64,000 nucleotides of DNA from contig CAZVTT010000003.1 in the NCBI GenBank assembly GCA_964629685.1, positions 22,038 to 86,037 on the forward strand, given 5' to 3'. This stretch comes from an uncultured Gammaproteobacteria bacterium. GTDB lineage: Bacteria; Patescibacteriota; Microgenomatia; UBA10105; UBA927. Under the pieces are notes generated by a model that saw nothing but the letters and a program-made list of their open reading frames with translations, made no database searches and was not told the DNA's origin. Each line of letters begins with the position of its first letter. Positions within the stretch are counted from its first letter, which is position 1. A program made the position numbers and the translations under genes. Below are positions 29,961-39,081 of this stretch, one piece after another.

Positions 29961-31079
29961 TTACTTCAGACAACTGGCCATATCCCCCGCAGGAAGCGCA
30001 GCGCAGAAAGGCTGGCGCAAATCCGTACCATATACATAGGCAACTTTCTGCCCTAATTCGGAAAAACACAAGCTACGCTGATTTCCGGTAAGTAACGTAC
30101 AAAGGGCAATACTGTGATCCGCTTTCGCGTTGGTAATCACATCGGACTGAATACTACCCCGGATGCAGGAATCCACCAGCTCCGGACGTAATCCTGCACA
30201 AAATTCAAATATTCGGCCGGCGTCTCCGTCCACCTGAAAATAATACATATTCGCTAAACTTACCAGGCAGTCGGGTCGGTCCTTCTGCTCCACCGCCATA
30301 CACTCACGCAATGCCTGCTGTTCGTCACGCAATCTGCTGATGCTGTTTTCACCCGTCTGTTTTGCACAAACGGATGCATACGTACCCGGAACATCCTTAC
30401 AGAATGACTGCATTCCTGCATACGCTACGGGCCCGGGTTCACTGTCTGTCCCGATCATTTCCATAAACACACCCGCCGCACACCGTTCACTGTCCGGTAC
30501 ATCTCCGAGTTCGCCGCAGTAATCCAACGCTGTATTTACCGTGTAGGATGCTAATTCTGCCATTGCATGACCAAGCCCATGAATACATGCGTCATACGTT
30601 TGAGGTGGATATCCGTGCTTAAGCGATGCACATACCCCGGGAATGCTTTTCCGATCAAACCGCTGCCGCTTCATATAGGCAAACAAAGCTCCGTGTGTAC
30701 ACCCAAAACCGCAGGCACTACTGCAGGACACAACCACCGAACCGATAGGGGTACCTTTTTCCACCTCCGCTTCCCCGACCAGATGCGCCAGGTCATGACA
30801 ACTTACCCAGCCTGCTTCACCGGCGTACTCCCGTTCCCGAAAAGCCAGTTCAAGTGCCGGAAGAATTTCACTTTGGTTATATTTCCGGACGAGCGGCGTT
30901 ATTTTCGCTTTTATGCACGCAGCCCGGATATGTTGATCCCGGCATGATACCAATACCTCCGTTATGGCATCCGAAAGAGAAGTACCGGTTGTATTCTGAT
31001 ACCGTACCCATAAATATCCGGACATCATAAGCATCCCAATGATCAATACCAAACGGATAGCAGTGAATGTATACCGCAT
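29961..31079 (-). CDS. CH-family secreted Cys/His-rich repeat protein (subfamily F)
   Basis: 372 aa. Anchor AIRLVLIIGMLMMSGYLW. Motifs SCHDLAHLVG, CGFGCTHGALFAYM, ACIHGLGHAMAEL. 18 nt downstream of the membrane-protein gene 31098..32765. Confidence 0.6.
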   Translation of the reverse strand: MRYTFTAIRLVLIIGMLMMSGYLWVRYQNTTGTSLSDAITEVLVSCRDQHIRAACIKAKITPLVRKYNQSEILPALELAFREREYAGEAGWVSCHDLAHLVGEAEVEKGTPIGSVVVSCSSACGFGCTHGALFAYMKRQRFDRKSIPGVCASLKHGYPPQTYDACIHGLGHAMAELASYTVNTALDYCGELGDVPDSERCAAGVFMEMIGTDSEPGPVAYAGMQSFCKDVPGTYASVCAKQTGENSISRLRDEQQALRECMAVEQKDRPDCLVSLANMYYFQVDGDAGRIFEFCAGLRPELVDSCIRGSIQSDVITNAKADHSIALCTLLTGNQRSLCFSELGQKVAYVYGTDLRQPFCAALPAGDMASCLK

Positions 31080-31097
31080 ACTATGACTTCCTATTCC

Positions 31098-32765
31098 TTA
31101 TTTTCTGAATAACTCCACCGCTGAAAGCGTATACCCGTTATGCGCCACAGTTGTTGTATTCCCGAGAGCATATTCCCCGATTATTTTGCCCAGCGGTTCA
31201 TCATTATGCATATTGGGGTACAGAATCAAAAAGGCCTGTGCTGGCATCTCCGTCAATAGCTGGGCCGGTGTCCGGATGTTTATGGGTACTGCGTGTTCTC
31301 CTTTTAATTTCCGGCGCCCTGTTTGTTTATCGATATATTTATAGTCATCAAAATCCAACACCGTCCAGGTAAACTGTTCATGTACTACATATATTTTTTC
31401 AGTACCCAACTGTCGGATCAGGTCTTCCGTCAGAAACGGGAGTTCCATAAATTCAGCGTTATATACCAGCTCGTCTTTTCCGTATCCGTTGTCTGGGTGG
31501 GTAAATGTACTCATAGCCAGCAGTGTATGATTTCCGAAGGTGAAGGTCCCGAACACTGCGCGGGAAACCGGATCTATAGTCCGGTAAAACGATGCATATA
31601 TCCCGGCCAACAAAACCACCAACGTTGCAATTCGGACTACCCTGTTCCGGAACAAATATATCCAGGCATCGGCAAATACCATAACCCCTATCGGTACCAG
31701 CGGCAGCATATACCGCGGATTATTTACGAACTTTATTCTGGTTATACAGATAGTTTCCGCAACCAAAAGCAGAAAACAAAACATCACCCAACGCTTGTCT
31801 TCATGGGTACGTACTGCTTCCGTTTTTGTTTTGCCGATCCAGTGGGTACACCCCCGCAGCATACCGGCTACTAAAACCGCAGCCGTCATTATCCAGGAAA
31901 AATTTAACACGTATGCCACCAAAGTTTGCCCCAGAAAAAATCCGTCAAACTGCCGGGCAGCGGCCACGGTTTTCATCACACTGAGCCAAGTCGTATCCCC
32001 CGAAGGCAAATGCGGGAAAGGGGGTTTTATCTGCATATACCAAAGCAATAACAACGGTGGAATGGTAAATATCCACCAGGGAATCCGGTTCCCCCCGTTA
32101 TGGGGGTCGGATTTTCCCCGTAAGAAGGCAACGAATCCAAACACGGAAATAATTATCCCGTAATATACGGCACCGGTTTCTTTACTGAAAATCAGCAGGA
32201 GTCCGAATATTCCTGCCAGGATATACTTCCGGAAAAACAGCGCCGTAATGAAATATAAAGAAAAAACTGCCAGCGGTAAATCCAGACTCGGCTGTAACAA
32301 CTGTGCCAAGAGAATCGGATTAAAACCGAAAACGAACGTATACAAATCAATTTCACTTCCGGATATACGCGGATAAAATACTTTCCCCAGCACGCTGCGC
32401 AGACACAGTAAACCACCGATTACCAGCAGTAATGCTGTCACCTGTACCGATAATACGTTTCCCGATGCCACAAACTGCGACACCGAAAATAAACCTACCG
32501 AAGCAAGAGAATTATGACCATCGCACTGCAGCATTCCCGTAACGGGAACCTGCTGGTAACAACGGAAGAACACCCAACTATCCCAAACGGGTAAAACATT
32601 TGCATACGGCAGAACCGTACCGATCAGTACGAGCGTTAATACTCCAAAAAGCCAATACTCACGCAGAACCGCAGCAAAAAAACTGCGTATAACAACCTTC
32701 CGGTGTGCGGCTTTGCTCACATTCACAATGTTCAACCTAAGGACAGGAAATATGTACGGCGTCAA
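31098..32765 (-). CDS. Polytopic membrane protein (GT-C-like), co-directional with CH gene 29961
   Basis: 555 aa with more than 12 hydrophobic helices. Overlaps the upstream gene by 29 nt. Confidence 0.45.
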   Translation of the reverse strand: MTPYIFPVLRLNIVNVSKAAHRKVVIRSFFAAVLREYWLFGVLTLVLIGTVLPYANVLPVWDSWVFFRCYQQVPVTGMLQCDGHNSLASVGLFSVSQFVASGNVLSVQVTALLLVIGGLLCLRSVLGKVFYPRISGSEIDLYTFVFGFNPILLAQLLQPSLDLPLAVFSLYFITALFFRKYILAGIFGLLLIFSKETGAVYYGIIISVFGFVAFLRGKSDPHNGGNRIPWWIFTIPPLLLLWYMQIKPPFPHLPSGDTTWLSVMKTVAAARQFDGFFLGQTLVAYVLNFSWIMTAAVLVAGMLRGCTHWIGKTKTEAVRTHEDKRWVMFCFLLLVAETICITRIKFVNNPRYMLPLVPIGVMVFADAWIYLFRNRVVRIATLVVLLAGIYASFYRTIDPVSRAVFGTFTFGNHTLLAMSTFTHPDNGYGKDELVYNAEFMELPFLTEDLIRQLGTEKIYVVHEQFTWTVLDFDDYKYIDKQTGRRKLKGEHAVPINIRTPAQLLTEMPAQAFLILYPNMHNDEPLGKIIGEYALGNTTTVAHNGYTLSAVELFRK

Positions 32766-33783
32766 TCAGGGCCACAGACTGTTCAAATGGTCCTCCCATG
32801 TCTTCTATATGTAATCCGATATACACCGGGTTCGTGGAAGCATCGTCACTGCGGTGTATCACGGTTTCCTCACCATCCAATAACACCGATATTTCAGCTG
32901 TAGTGCCAACCCGCCGCAAGTGCAAGGTGACGGATGCATCAGCCGATACCGGGAATCGAGTGGGACCAACAACAGAATTTATCGTTCCGTCTATATATGA
33001 ACCGGATTCATCCTGATACCAGGTAGCAGCCAAAACATGTTCATACGGACCGGAATACGCCGTCAATCGCGTAAACGTCGGATCGGCCATGGGAGTCACG
33101 GAAAAAGAACGATATGTTGCAGTCACGTCAAAATCACCGGTAAGCAATTTTTTAGTAGGTAACCGGGTGTTTTGACCATACTTAATCGGCAGGATCAGCG
33201 CATCATCCTCAAGATCGGTAACAAATAACGGTTCCCATACCTCTAGATCAAGATCGGGGCCGTTAAATTCTTCCGTCACCTCAGCGTCACACGTCATCGT
33301 TGCCGGTTGTACTTCTTGTGTAATTCGAAATGTCCGTTCAATCGGATTCCCCATCTCGTCCAACATCGGATCCGAATCAAATTCAGTTAAGAACCCGTCT
33401 CCGTCCACATCCGGAAATACCATTGCGACAAGCGCGTTTGAATCCTGAGCCTGTAGCCATTCGTCCCGAAAAAATGCTAACTGCACATCTTTATGCGTTC
33501 CCGCTTCCAGCTTCCCGGAGAGGGCATATACCGCTCCCGCGCTTGGATACCCTTCGTCTACTCTGACGACAACGAAACCGGGTTTTGGTAAGGTTACCCG
33601 TTTAATCAGTACAGATCTTCCCTGTAGCACCTGATTCCGGACATCTATAAATCTGTCCGGCCGCAGCCGCATATACCAATATATTCCCCCGAAAATACCC
33701 AAAACCAAACCCGTACCGATGAGGAGGATTAGGGTTCTTTGAACGACCAGCACAATATCCCGGGATGAACTATTCGGTGCCAT
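32737..33783 (-). CDS. Membrane-anchored secreted protein with LPxPGF domain and a C-terminal beta-rich domain
   Basis: 348 aa. TM LILLIGTGLVLGIFGGIYWY. Motif VTLPKPGFVVVRV shared with 20292 and 33788. Confidence 0.5.
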   Translation of the reverse strand: MAPNSSSRDIVLVVQRTLILLIGTGLVLGIFGGIYWYMRLRPDRFIDVRNQVLQGRSVLIKRVTLPKPGFVVVRVDEGYPSAGAVYALSGKLEAGTHKDVQLAFFRDEWLQAQDSNALVAMVFPDVDGDGFLTEFDSDPMLDEMGNPIERTFRITQEVQPATMTCDAEVTEEFNGPDLDLEVWEPLFVTDLEDDALILPIKYGQNTRLPTKKLLTGDFDVTATYRSFSVTPMADPTFTRLTAYSGPYEHVLAATWYQDESGSYIDGTINSVVGPTRFPVSADASVTLHLRRVGTTAEISVLLDGEETVIHRSDDASTNPVYIGLHIEDMGGPFEQSVALIDAVHISCP

Positions 33784-33787
33784 AACT

Positions 33788-34204
33788 CTATTTCAATTTC
33801 ACTGTCCTTTCTATTATTCTCCCCAACCAATCCCGCATAGGAACCATATTTTCTATTCCGGTAAAAACGGTAGATTTTAACTTATCTTTATAGAGACGGA
33901 CCCTCACTGTGTGGCCCTGGGGTTCATCTTCGTTATTCGCCTTGTATAGGTCTATAGGTATATCGTGATACTGTCGCCTGGCTAAAAGTTGTGACTGCCC
34001 TACAATCTGATTCCCATCGGCAGTCGATAACCAGACAACAGCGTAGCCGGGTTCCAAAGGGAATACCTCTTCAATCATCAACTGGTCTCCGCTCAATTGA
34101 TCACGGACAGTCAGTATCCGGGTGGAACGGTAATACGCCACGGCGATAAACACCAACAAAAAAATAACGATCACGTTTCCGGCAGCAATCAGCCAATATT
34201 TCAT
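33788..34204 (-). CDS. Small membrane-anchored protein with LPxPGF-type domain
   Basis: 138 aa. TM LIAAGNVIVIFLLVFIAVAYY. Motif VFPLEPGYAVVWL. Confidence 0.5.
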   Translation of the reverse strand: MKYWLIAAGNVIVIFLLVFIAVAYYRSTRILTVRDQLSGDQLMIEEVFPLEPGYAVVWLSTADGNQIVGQSQLLARRQYHDIPIDLYKANNEDEPQGHTVRVRLYKDKLKSTVFTGIENMVPMRDWLGRIIERTVKLK

Positions 34205-34334
34205 AACCCTCTTTCAGTATTGCGCATGTACTCGTATTATAGTGTATTTTGTTTCACCCTGGCCGCCCTTCCCCGCTGGAAAATGTCACAAATTCCGATT
34301 TTACCTTATTGGCTAAATCCTTTATCATAGGTGC

Positions 34335-36200
34335 ATGCCCGACGAAGTACAGCTAACGCCACCCGTCCGGGGGATTCAATTTCTCCGCACGCTTCCCCTG
34401 CTTGTTGCCATCGGTATTAGTCCCGTTTGGTTTCTGCCAGTTACCCAGGACCCGTTTGATACCGCGAAATTTTTCTTACTTATCGGTGCCGCACTTTTTT
34501 CCGCACTCCTGTGGATACTCGGAGGGATAGGACAGTTTAAACTCCATATTACCCGCTCCTGGCCGTTGGCGGGATTACTGCTGCTGGGAATAACCGGAAC
34601 CGTCAGTGTTCTCTTCATATCCCAAAATAAAGCGGAAGGACTGCTTACCGCTTTCGGACCGCTGCCGTTTTTCAGTCTGGCCATCCTTATGGCATTTGGC
34701 TGGTCAGCATGGGAAAAAGAGCGGCTACTCATACGCAAACTGCTTATCGGGCTGGCCAGTGTCATGGGAGTATTCGCTACGTACCAATCCCTAAACCTGG
34801 GAAAAATTTTATTTCCCGGGATTATCAGTCTTTCTGATCCGTTATGGACTCCACTCGGATCGCCACTGGCACTGCTCGTGTATTTGGCTGTCATTGCACC
34901 GCTCACGTTCACGCTCATCATCCCGGGCATACGGCATAAAAAAGAAAAGTCGGTGGCACTGGGGTCCGTATCGTTATTATGTATCGTCGCCGGATTTGTC
35001 ATCACCTTATTCCAATTCGCACCCAAGGTCAGCACGGCTTTTCTGCCGTATCAGGCGGGAATTTCAACCGCACTGTCGGCAATGAATGATCCCAAAACGG
35101 CGCTATTCGGCGTTGGCCCGGAAGCGTTCCTAACGGCATTTACCGCTAATCGTCCGCCTGCATTAAATATGACGGCGCTCTGGAATGTCCGCTTTTCTAC
35201 CAACGCCACGTTTCTGCTGCATATGCTTTCGGTTACCGGAATTTTCGGCGGCATTGCGTTTCTGGTATTTTGCCTTTCGCTCTTACCGACAAAACTTACA
35301 GCCGGCCATTTCAGCCGCGCATTGGCGGTTATCGCCCTGATCATTCTGCCTCCCACGTTTCCCCTTATACCCCTTGCTTTGGCAATATTTTTTGTCACCG
35401 AAGAACACAAATCACCCACCTGGACCATAACCTTACCCCGGATACCGGGAATACTAAAGAAAGGATTCCTGATACTCCTGTTACCCCTACTCGTCCTGTG
35501 CGGGTACTTTGCGTTCCGGGCGTATGCTGCGGAAATCGTGTACTACCGTTCGGTAAAACCCAGCGCTACCGTAAACGGCACGGATGTGTACAATATTCAA
35601 ATTCAGGCAGTAAAACTTAATCCCATGTCTTCCCGGTTCCGGGCAGCATATTCCCAAACCAATCTGGCCCTTGCCAGTGCTATCGCCAACGCCAACCGCA
35701 CGGGATCGGGCAGTGCCCAATTGGAAAATTTAACGGAAAAAGATAAACAGATAGTAACCCAACTTATTCAGCAATCCATTCGCGAAGCCAAAGCCACAGC
35801 AAATTTAGCCCCAAAAAATGTAGCGGCCTGGGAAAATCTGGGGCTGGTCTACCAAAACTTATTCGGTATCGCAGAAGGTGCCGATAAATGGGCTATAGCC
35901 GCTTTTCAGCAAGCAATTACACTTGATCCCACCAATCCGTTGCTCCGGCAGTCGCTGGGAACTATATATATGGCACAACAAAATTACACGGAAGCCATAT
36001 CCCAGTTTTCCGCCGCAATCGAACTGAAACCGGATTTGGCGAATGCCTACTACAATCTGGCGAACGCCTACAGGATGACGGGAGATAATGCCCGTGCCAT
36101 TACGGAACTTACCCACACCAAGGGTTTACTTACCCCCGGAACGAGTGACTATATCAGAGCAGATAACGAACTGAAAGAACTCCAAAACGCCACCAAATAA
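34335..36200 (+). CDS. Polytopic membrane protein with C-terminal TPR repeats (O-antigen ligase/polymerase-like)
   Basis: 621 aa with about 10 TM helices. The C-terminal 200 aa carry TPR-like repeats (AWENLGLVYQNL.., AISQFSAAIELKPDLANAYYNLANAYRMTGD). Confidence 0.4.
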   Translation: MPDEVQLTPPVRGIQFLRTLPLLVAIGISPVWFLPVTQDPFDTAKFFLLIGAALFSALLWILGGIGQFKLHITRSWPLAGLLLLGITGTVSVLFISQNKAEGLLTAFGPLPFFSLAILMAFGWSAWEKERLLIRKLLIGLASVMGVFATYQSLNLGKILFPGIISLSDPLWTPLGSPLALLVYLAVIAPLTFTLIIPGIRHKKEKSVALGSVSLLCIVAGFVITLFQFAPKVSTAFLPYQAGISTALSAMNDPKTALFGVGPEAFLTAFTANRPPALNMTALWNVRFSTNATFLLHMLSVTGIFGGIAFLVFCLSLLPTKLTAGHFSRALAVIALIILPPTFPLIPLALAIFFVTEEHKSPTWTITLPRIPGILKKGFLILLLPLLVLCGYFAFRAYAAEIVYYRSVKPSATVNGTDVYNIQIQAVKLNPMSSRFRAAYSQTNLALASAIANANRTGSGSAQLENLTEKDKQIVTQLIQQSIREAKATANLAPKNVAAWENLGLVYQNLFGIAEGADKWAIAAFQQAITLDPTNPLLRQSLGTIYMAQQNYTEAISQFSAAIELKPDLANAYYNLANAYRMTGDNARAITELTHTKGLLTPGTSDYIRADNELKELQNATK

Positions 36201-36210
36201 GCGCAGCAGT

Positions 36211-37863
36211 TTACTTCCCTTTTCTGTATACCCAGCCGAATACAGCGTCGCCGCGGGTAATGGTGTGATCCAAGTGGAAGGAAGGATGCAGCAACCCGGT
36301 AAATTCTTCCGGGATAATATGCGACCGTTTATTTATGAGCACAATGGAATCGGCATCCGTATCGTTGTACACGTACTGATCTGCCGCCGTTACTTCGTAC
36401 CAGGATACGTGTCCTGCTACCGGCACCCACAACAACATATGTCCGTATTTCTGCCGCAGATACTCTACCCCCTCCTTTACCGCTAATCCTTCTATATCCC
36501 GGTCAAATAACGTGTTGGGATTTCTGGCAAGCATGTTAAAGTATCCGGTGGAATACGGAAAATACAGCAGGTTCAACAGCAACAAATACACCGGAAGTGC
36601 GAGCCATACCACAAACCAGATCGGCTGCTTTCTGTTCCCTTTTCCGTCAATTTTATGCAGAACATGCTGCACCAGCCACTCTGCTCCGATCATCGCCAGC
36701 AGTAAAAACGGCGGCAGTATTTCCATAAAATGCCTGATTCCGTCATAAAACGCGGCAAATGGGTGGAGTGTACGCAATACGGGAATACCCATCCAGATCA
36801 ACAAAATCAAACGGACACTCCGGGAGTCCGACTTATGTCTGAAGCGTACCAAACTTCCTACCAGTACTAACCCGCCCAGTATTGCCAGGAATAAAAGCGG
36901 TAACGGAGTAACCATCACCATATTTTCCAACGGATACCACCACATTGATTGACCGGTTCCCACCCAATAATATTGTCCATCCCAATAAATCCGGTACCCC
37001 TGTCCGACGGAAGTAAAATAAAACAGTACTTCCTGTAACCGGGTTACCGTGTTTGTCCACAAATACGGCCATACGGCTATCATCGTGGCGAAACCAACCG
37101 GAAAAACGACTATTCCGGGAATATATTTTTTCAGATGCGCTACTTTTTGGCCGAAAGACCTGTCTCTGCGAAACAATCGACCCAGTTCCCGAGTCCCGAT
37201 CCACGCCAGCCAGATTACCGGCACGTATACCAGATTTATTTTGGTAGCGAGCCCAAGTCCCCATACCACGGCTCCGATAAACAGATCCCGTTTCCGGTTT
37301 TCCCGAATAGCCCGCACCAGATAATACAAAGAAATGGTAAATAAACTTACCTGTGCCGTATCCTTCAGATTCGAGTACCCGTGCCCGAAGAGCGTCGGAT
37401 AAAGCCACACCACCAGTGCGCCGAGCAGTGCCAGCGGGTACGAAAACCCCAGCATGATTCCCCAACGGTAACTAAACGCCACCAACAGCGCAAAAAATAT
37501 CGCCGTAGTGACATGAAATACCGAAATAATATAGGAATCCGTCATGGCAAATCCCAAACGGGAACCGGCTACGGTTAATGCAGTCCCTAATATATTGGGA
37601 ACCGGCGGATACCGCGCAATACTGGCCTCCTGGGTAAAAATATCATTGGCGAAAATGGAGGCGGATTTATCGGGTATGGAAAATACCGACTGATTAAATC
37701 CGGAGGCAAAAAACTTCCAGTATACCCCGCCGGAGAAAATATTATCCGGCTCATCCCATGCCACGCCTATCCGCGGAGCAGCCAGAATTCCCAGGAACAG
37801 CACACCGAAAAATACGAATAAAACGGCAAATCTGTGAAGTCGGGAAGAAGACAATTCCGGCAT
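36211..37863 (-). CDS. GT-C glycosyltransferase, PMT/ArnT-like (GT39/GT83-type)
   Basis: Track ORF runs to 37917. Start moved to the Met at 37863 (MPELSSSRLHRFAVLFVFFGVLFLGILAA), which removes the overlap with the GT2 gene. First-loop motif RIGVAWDEPDNIF. 12 or more TM helices. Confidence 0.55.
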   Translation of the reverse strand: MPELSSSRLHRFAVLFVFFGVLFLGILAAPRIGVAWDEPDNIFSGGVYWKFFASGFNQSVFSIPDKSASIFANDIFTQEASIARYPPVPNILGTALTVAGSRLGFAMTDSYIISVFHVTTAIFFALLVAFSYRWGIMLGFSYPLALLGALVVWLYPTLFGHGYSNLKDTAQVSLFTISLYYLVRAIRENRKRDLFIGAVVWGLGLATKINLVYVPVIWLAWIGTRELGRLFRRDRSFGQKVAHLKKYIPGIVVFPVGFATMIAVWPYLWTNTVTRLQEVLFYFTSVGQGYRIYWDGQYYWVGTGQSMWWYPLENMVMVTPLPLLFLAILGGLVLVGSLVRFRHKSDSRSVRLILLIWMGIPVLRTLHPFAAFYDGIRHFMEILPPFLLLAMIGAEWLVQHVLHKIDGKGNRKQPIWFVVWLALPVYLLLLNLLYFPYSTGYFNMLARNPNTLFDRDIEGLAVKEGVEYLRQKYGHMLLWVPVAGHVSWYEVTAADQYVYNDTDADSIVLINKRSHIIPEEFTGLLHPSFHLDHTITRGDAVFGWVYRKGK

Positions 37864-37870
37864 AAATCCA

Positions 37871-38905
37871 TTATACCTGTCGCCGGAGTAATGCATAGCC
37901 GGCACCCAGGACCACAAAACAATAAATACAGATGCCGGTCGCGAGCGACTGCAACGTAAACAGAATCCCCTTCTCTTTATATACGAAAATTAAAAATTTT
38001 CGCAGCAGCACGCAATGCAGCAACAACATGACGAGCGACAATCCCAAAAATACTTCACGGACCATCGGTGCCGATATCAGAAAAAATACCAGACTGCCTA
38101 ATCCCAGACTGGCCACAATCCCCGCACCGGTAATGGCCGCCAAGCTTTCCCATCTGGTCGTAGCTACCGGATCAAATTTTCTCCGTTCACTGTACAACAT
38201 CGTCCAGTAGTAACTCCGCCAAAAATATTTTTTGGCTACCGGCCAGAAGTCTTCAAATTCATGATGCACCCGGACATCAAAATCAAAAATTATCGCATAC
38301 CGGCGGGCTATCCTATACGTTATTTCCACATCTTCCATTTGCCGGAAAGCTTCATTAAATCCGCCCAACCGTTCAAAAATGCCGCGGCGTAACGCAGCGA
38401 CCCTGGTACTGAACAAATAATAATACCCGTCCCGATCACGTTCGTTGGTCCAATAACTCCAGTCACGGAGCGCCTTATACTGGGGGAAAAAACTGGTCGT
38501 CCGCTGGTGCTTATCCCATACGCCGGTTAATGCATTCAGATCATGATCATCCTTAAATTTATCCGCAATCAACTGCAGAGTATCCGGATACACTTCCACG
38601 TCACTGTCCAAAAATACCAGTATTCTGCCGCGAGCCTTTTTCGCTGCCGCATTCCGCGCCGCTGCCGGTCCGCTGTTTTTGTTTAACCGCACCACCCGAA
38701 CCGGAATGGACCGTTTACCGGTACTAAACTTCCGTTCCGGCATCCGCACCGGATCAGCCGAAGCATCGTCTCCGATAATTACTTCAAACCGGCGGAACGT
38801 AGATTTTGTCAGCGATAATAATAATTTGGGAAGTGTTTCCCGCGCGTTATACGCTGGAATTATGACCGATATGTACGGTGTATTTCCGGATATTGTCGTA
38901 GGCAT
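37871..38905 (-). CDS. Family 2 glycosyltransferase with C-terminal TM helices (Dpm1/GtrB-like)
   Basis: N-terminus YISVIIPAYNARETL. IIGDDASAD. VFLDSDVEVYPD. Two C-terminal hydrophobic helices. Confidence 0.7.
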   Translation of the reverse strand: MPTTISGNTPYISVIIPAYNARETLPKLLLSLTKSTFRRFEVIIGDDASADPVRMPERKFSTGKRSIPVRVVRLNKNSGPAAARNAAAKKARGRILVFLDSDVEVYPDTLQLIADKFKDDHDLNALTGVWDKHQRTTSFFPQYKALRDWSYWTNERDRDGYYYLFSTRVAALRRGIFERLGGFNEAFRQMEDVEITYRIARRYAIIFDFDVRVHHEFEDFWPVAKKYFWRSYYWTMLYSERRKFDPVATTRWESLAAITGAGIVASLGLGSLVFFLISAPMVREVFLGLSLVMLLLHCVLLRKFLIFVYKEKGILFTLQSLATGICIYCFVVLGAGYALLRRQV

Positions 38906-39081
38906 AGCACTCGGAGCAGATATGGTTGTATCACGGGAGGGGCAAAAAAAACAACCGGACTCACCACAAATTCAGCATACCCGAAACATCCCCAAATTGC
39001 ACTACCGCAGATACCGATACATGCGCAGAACTCAGACGATTTATTCAACCGTTACGGGTAAAAAACAATACCGGTTATCCG

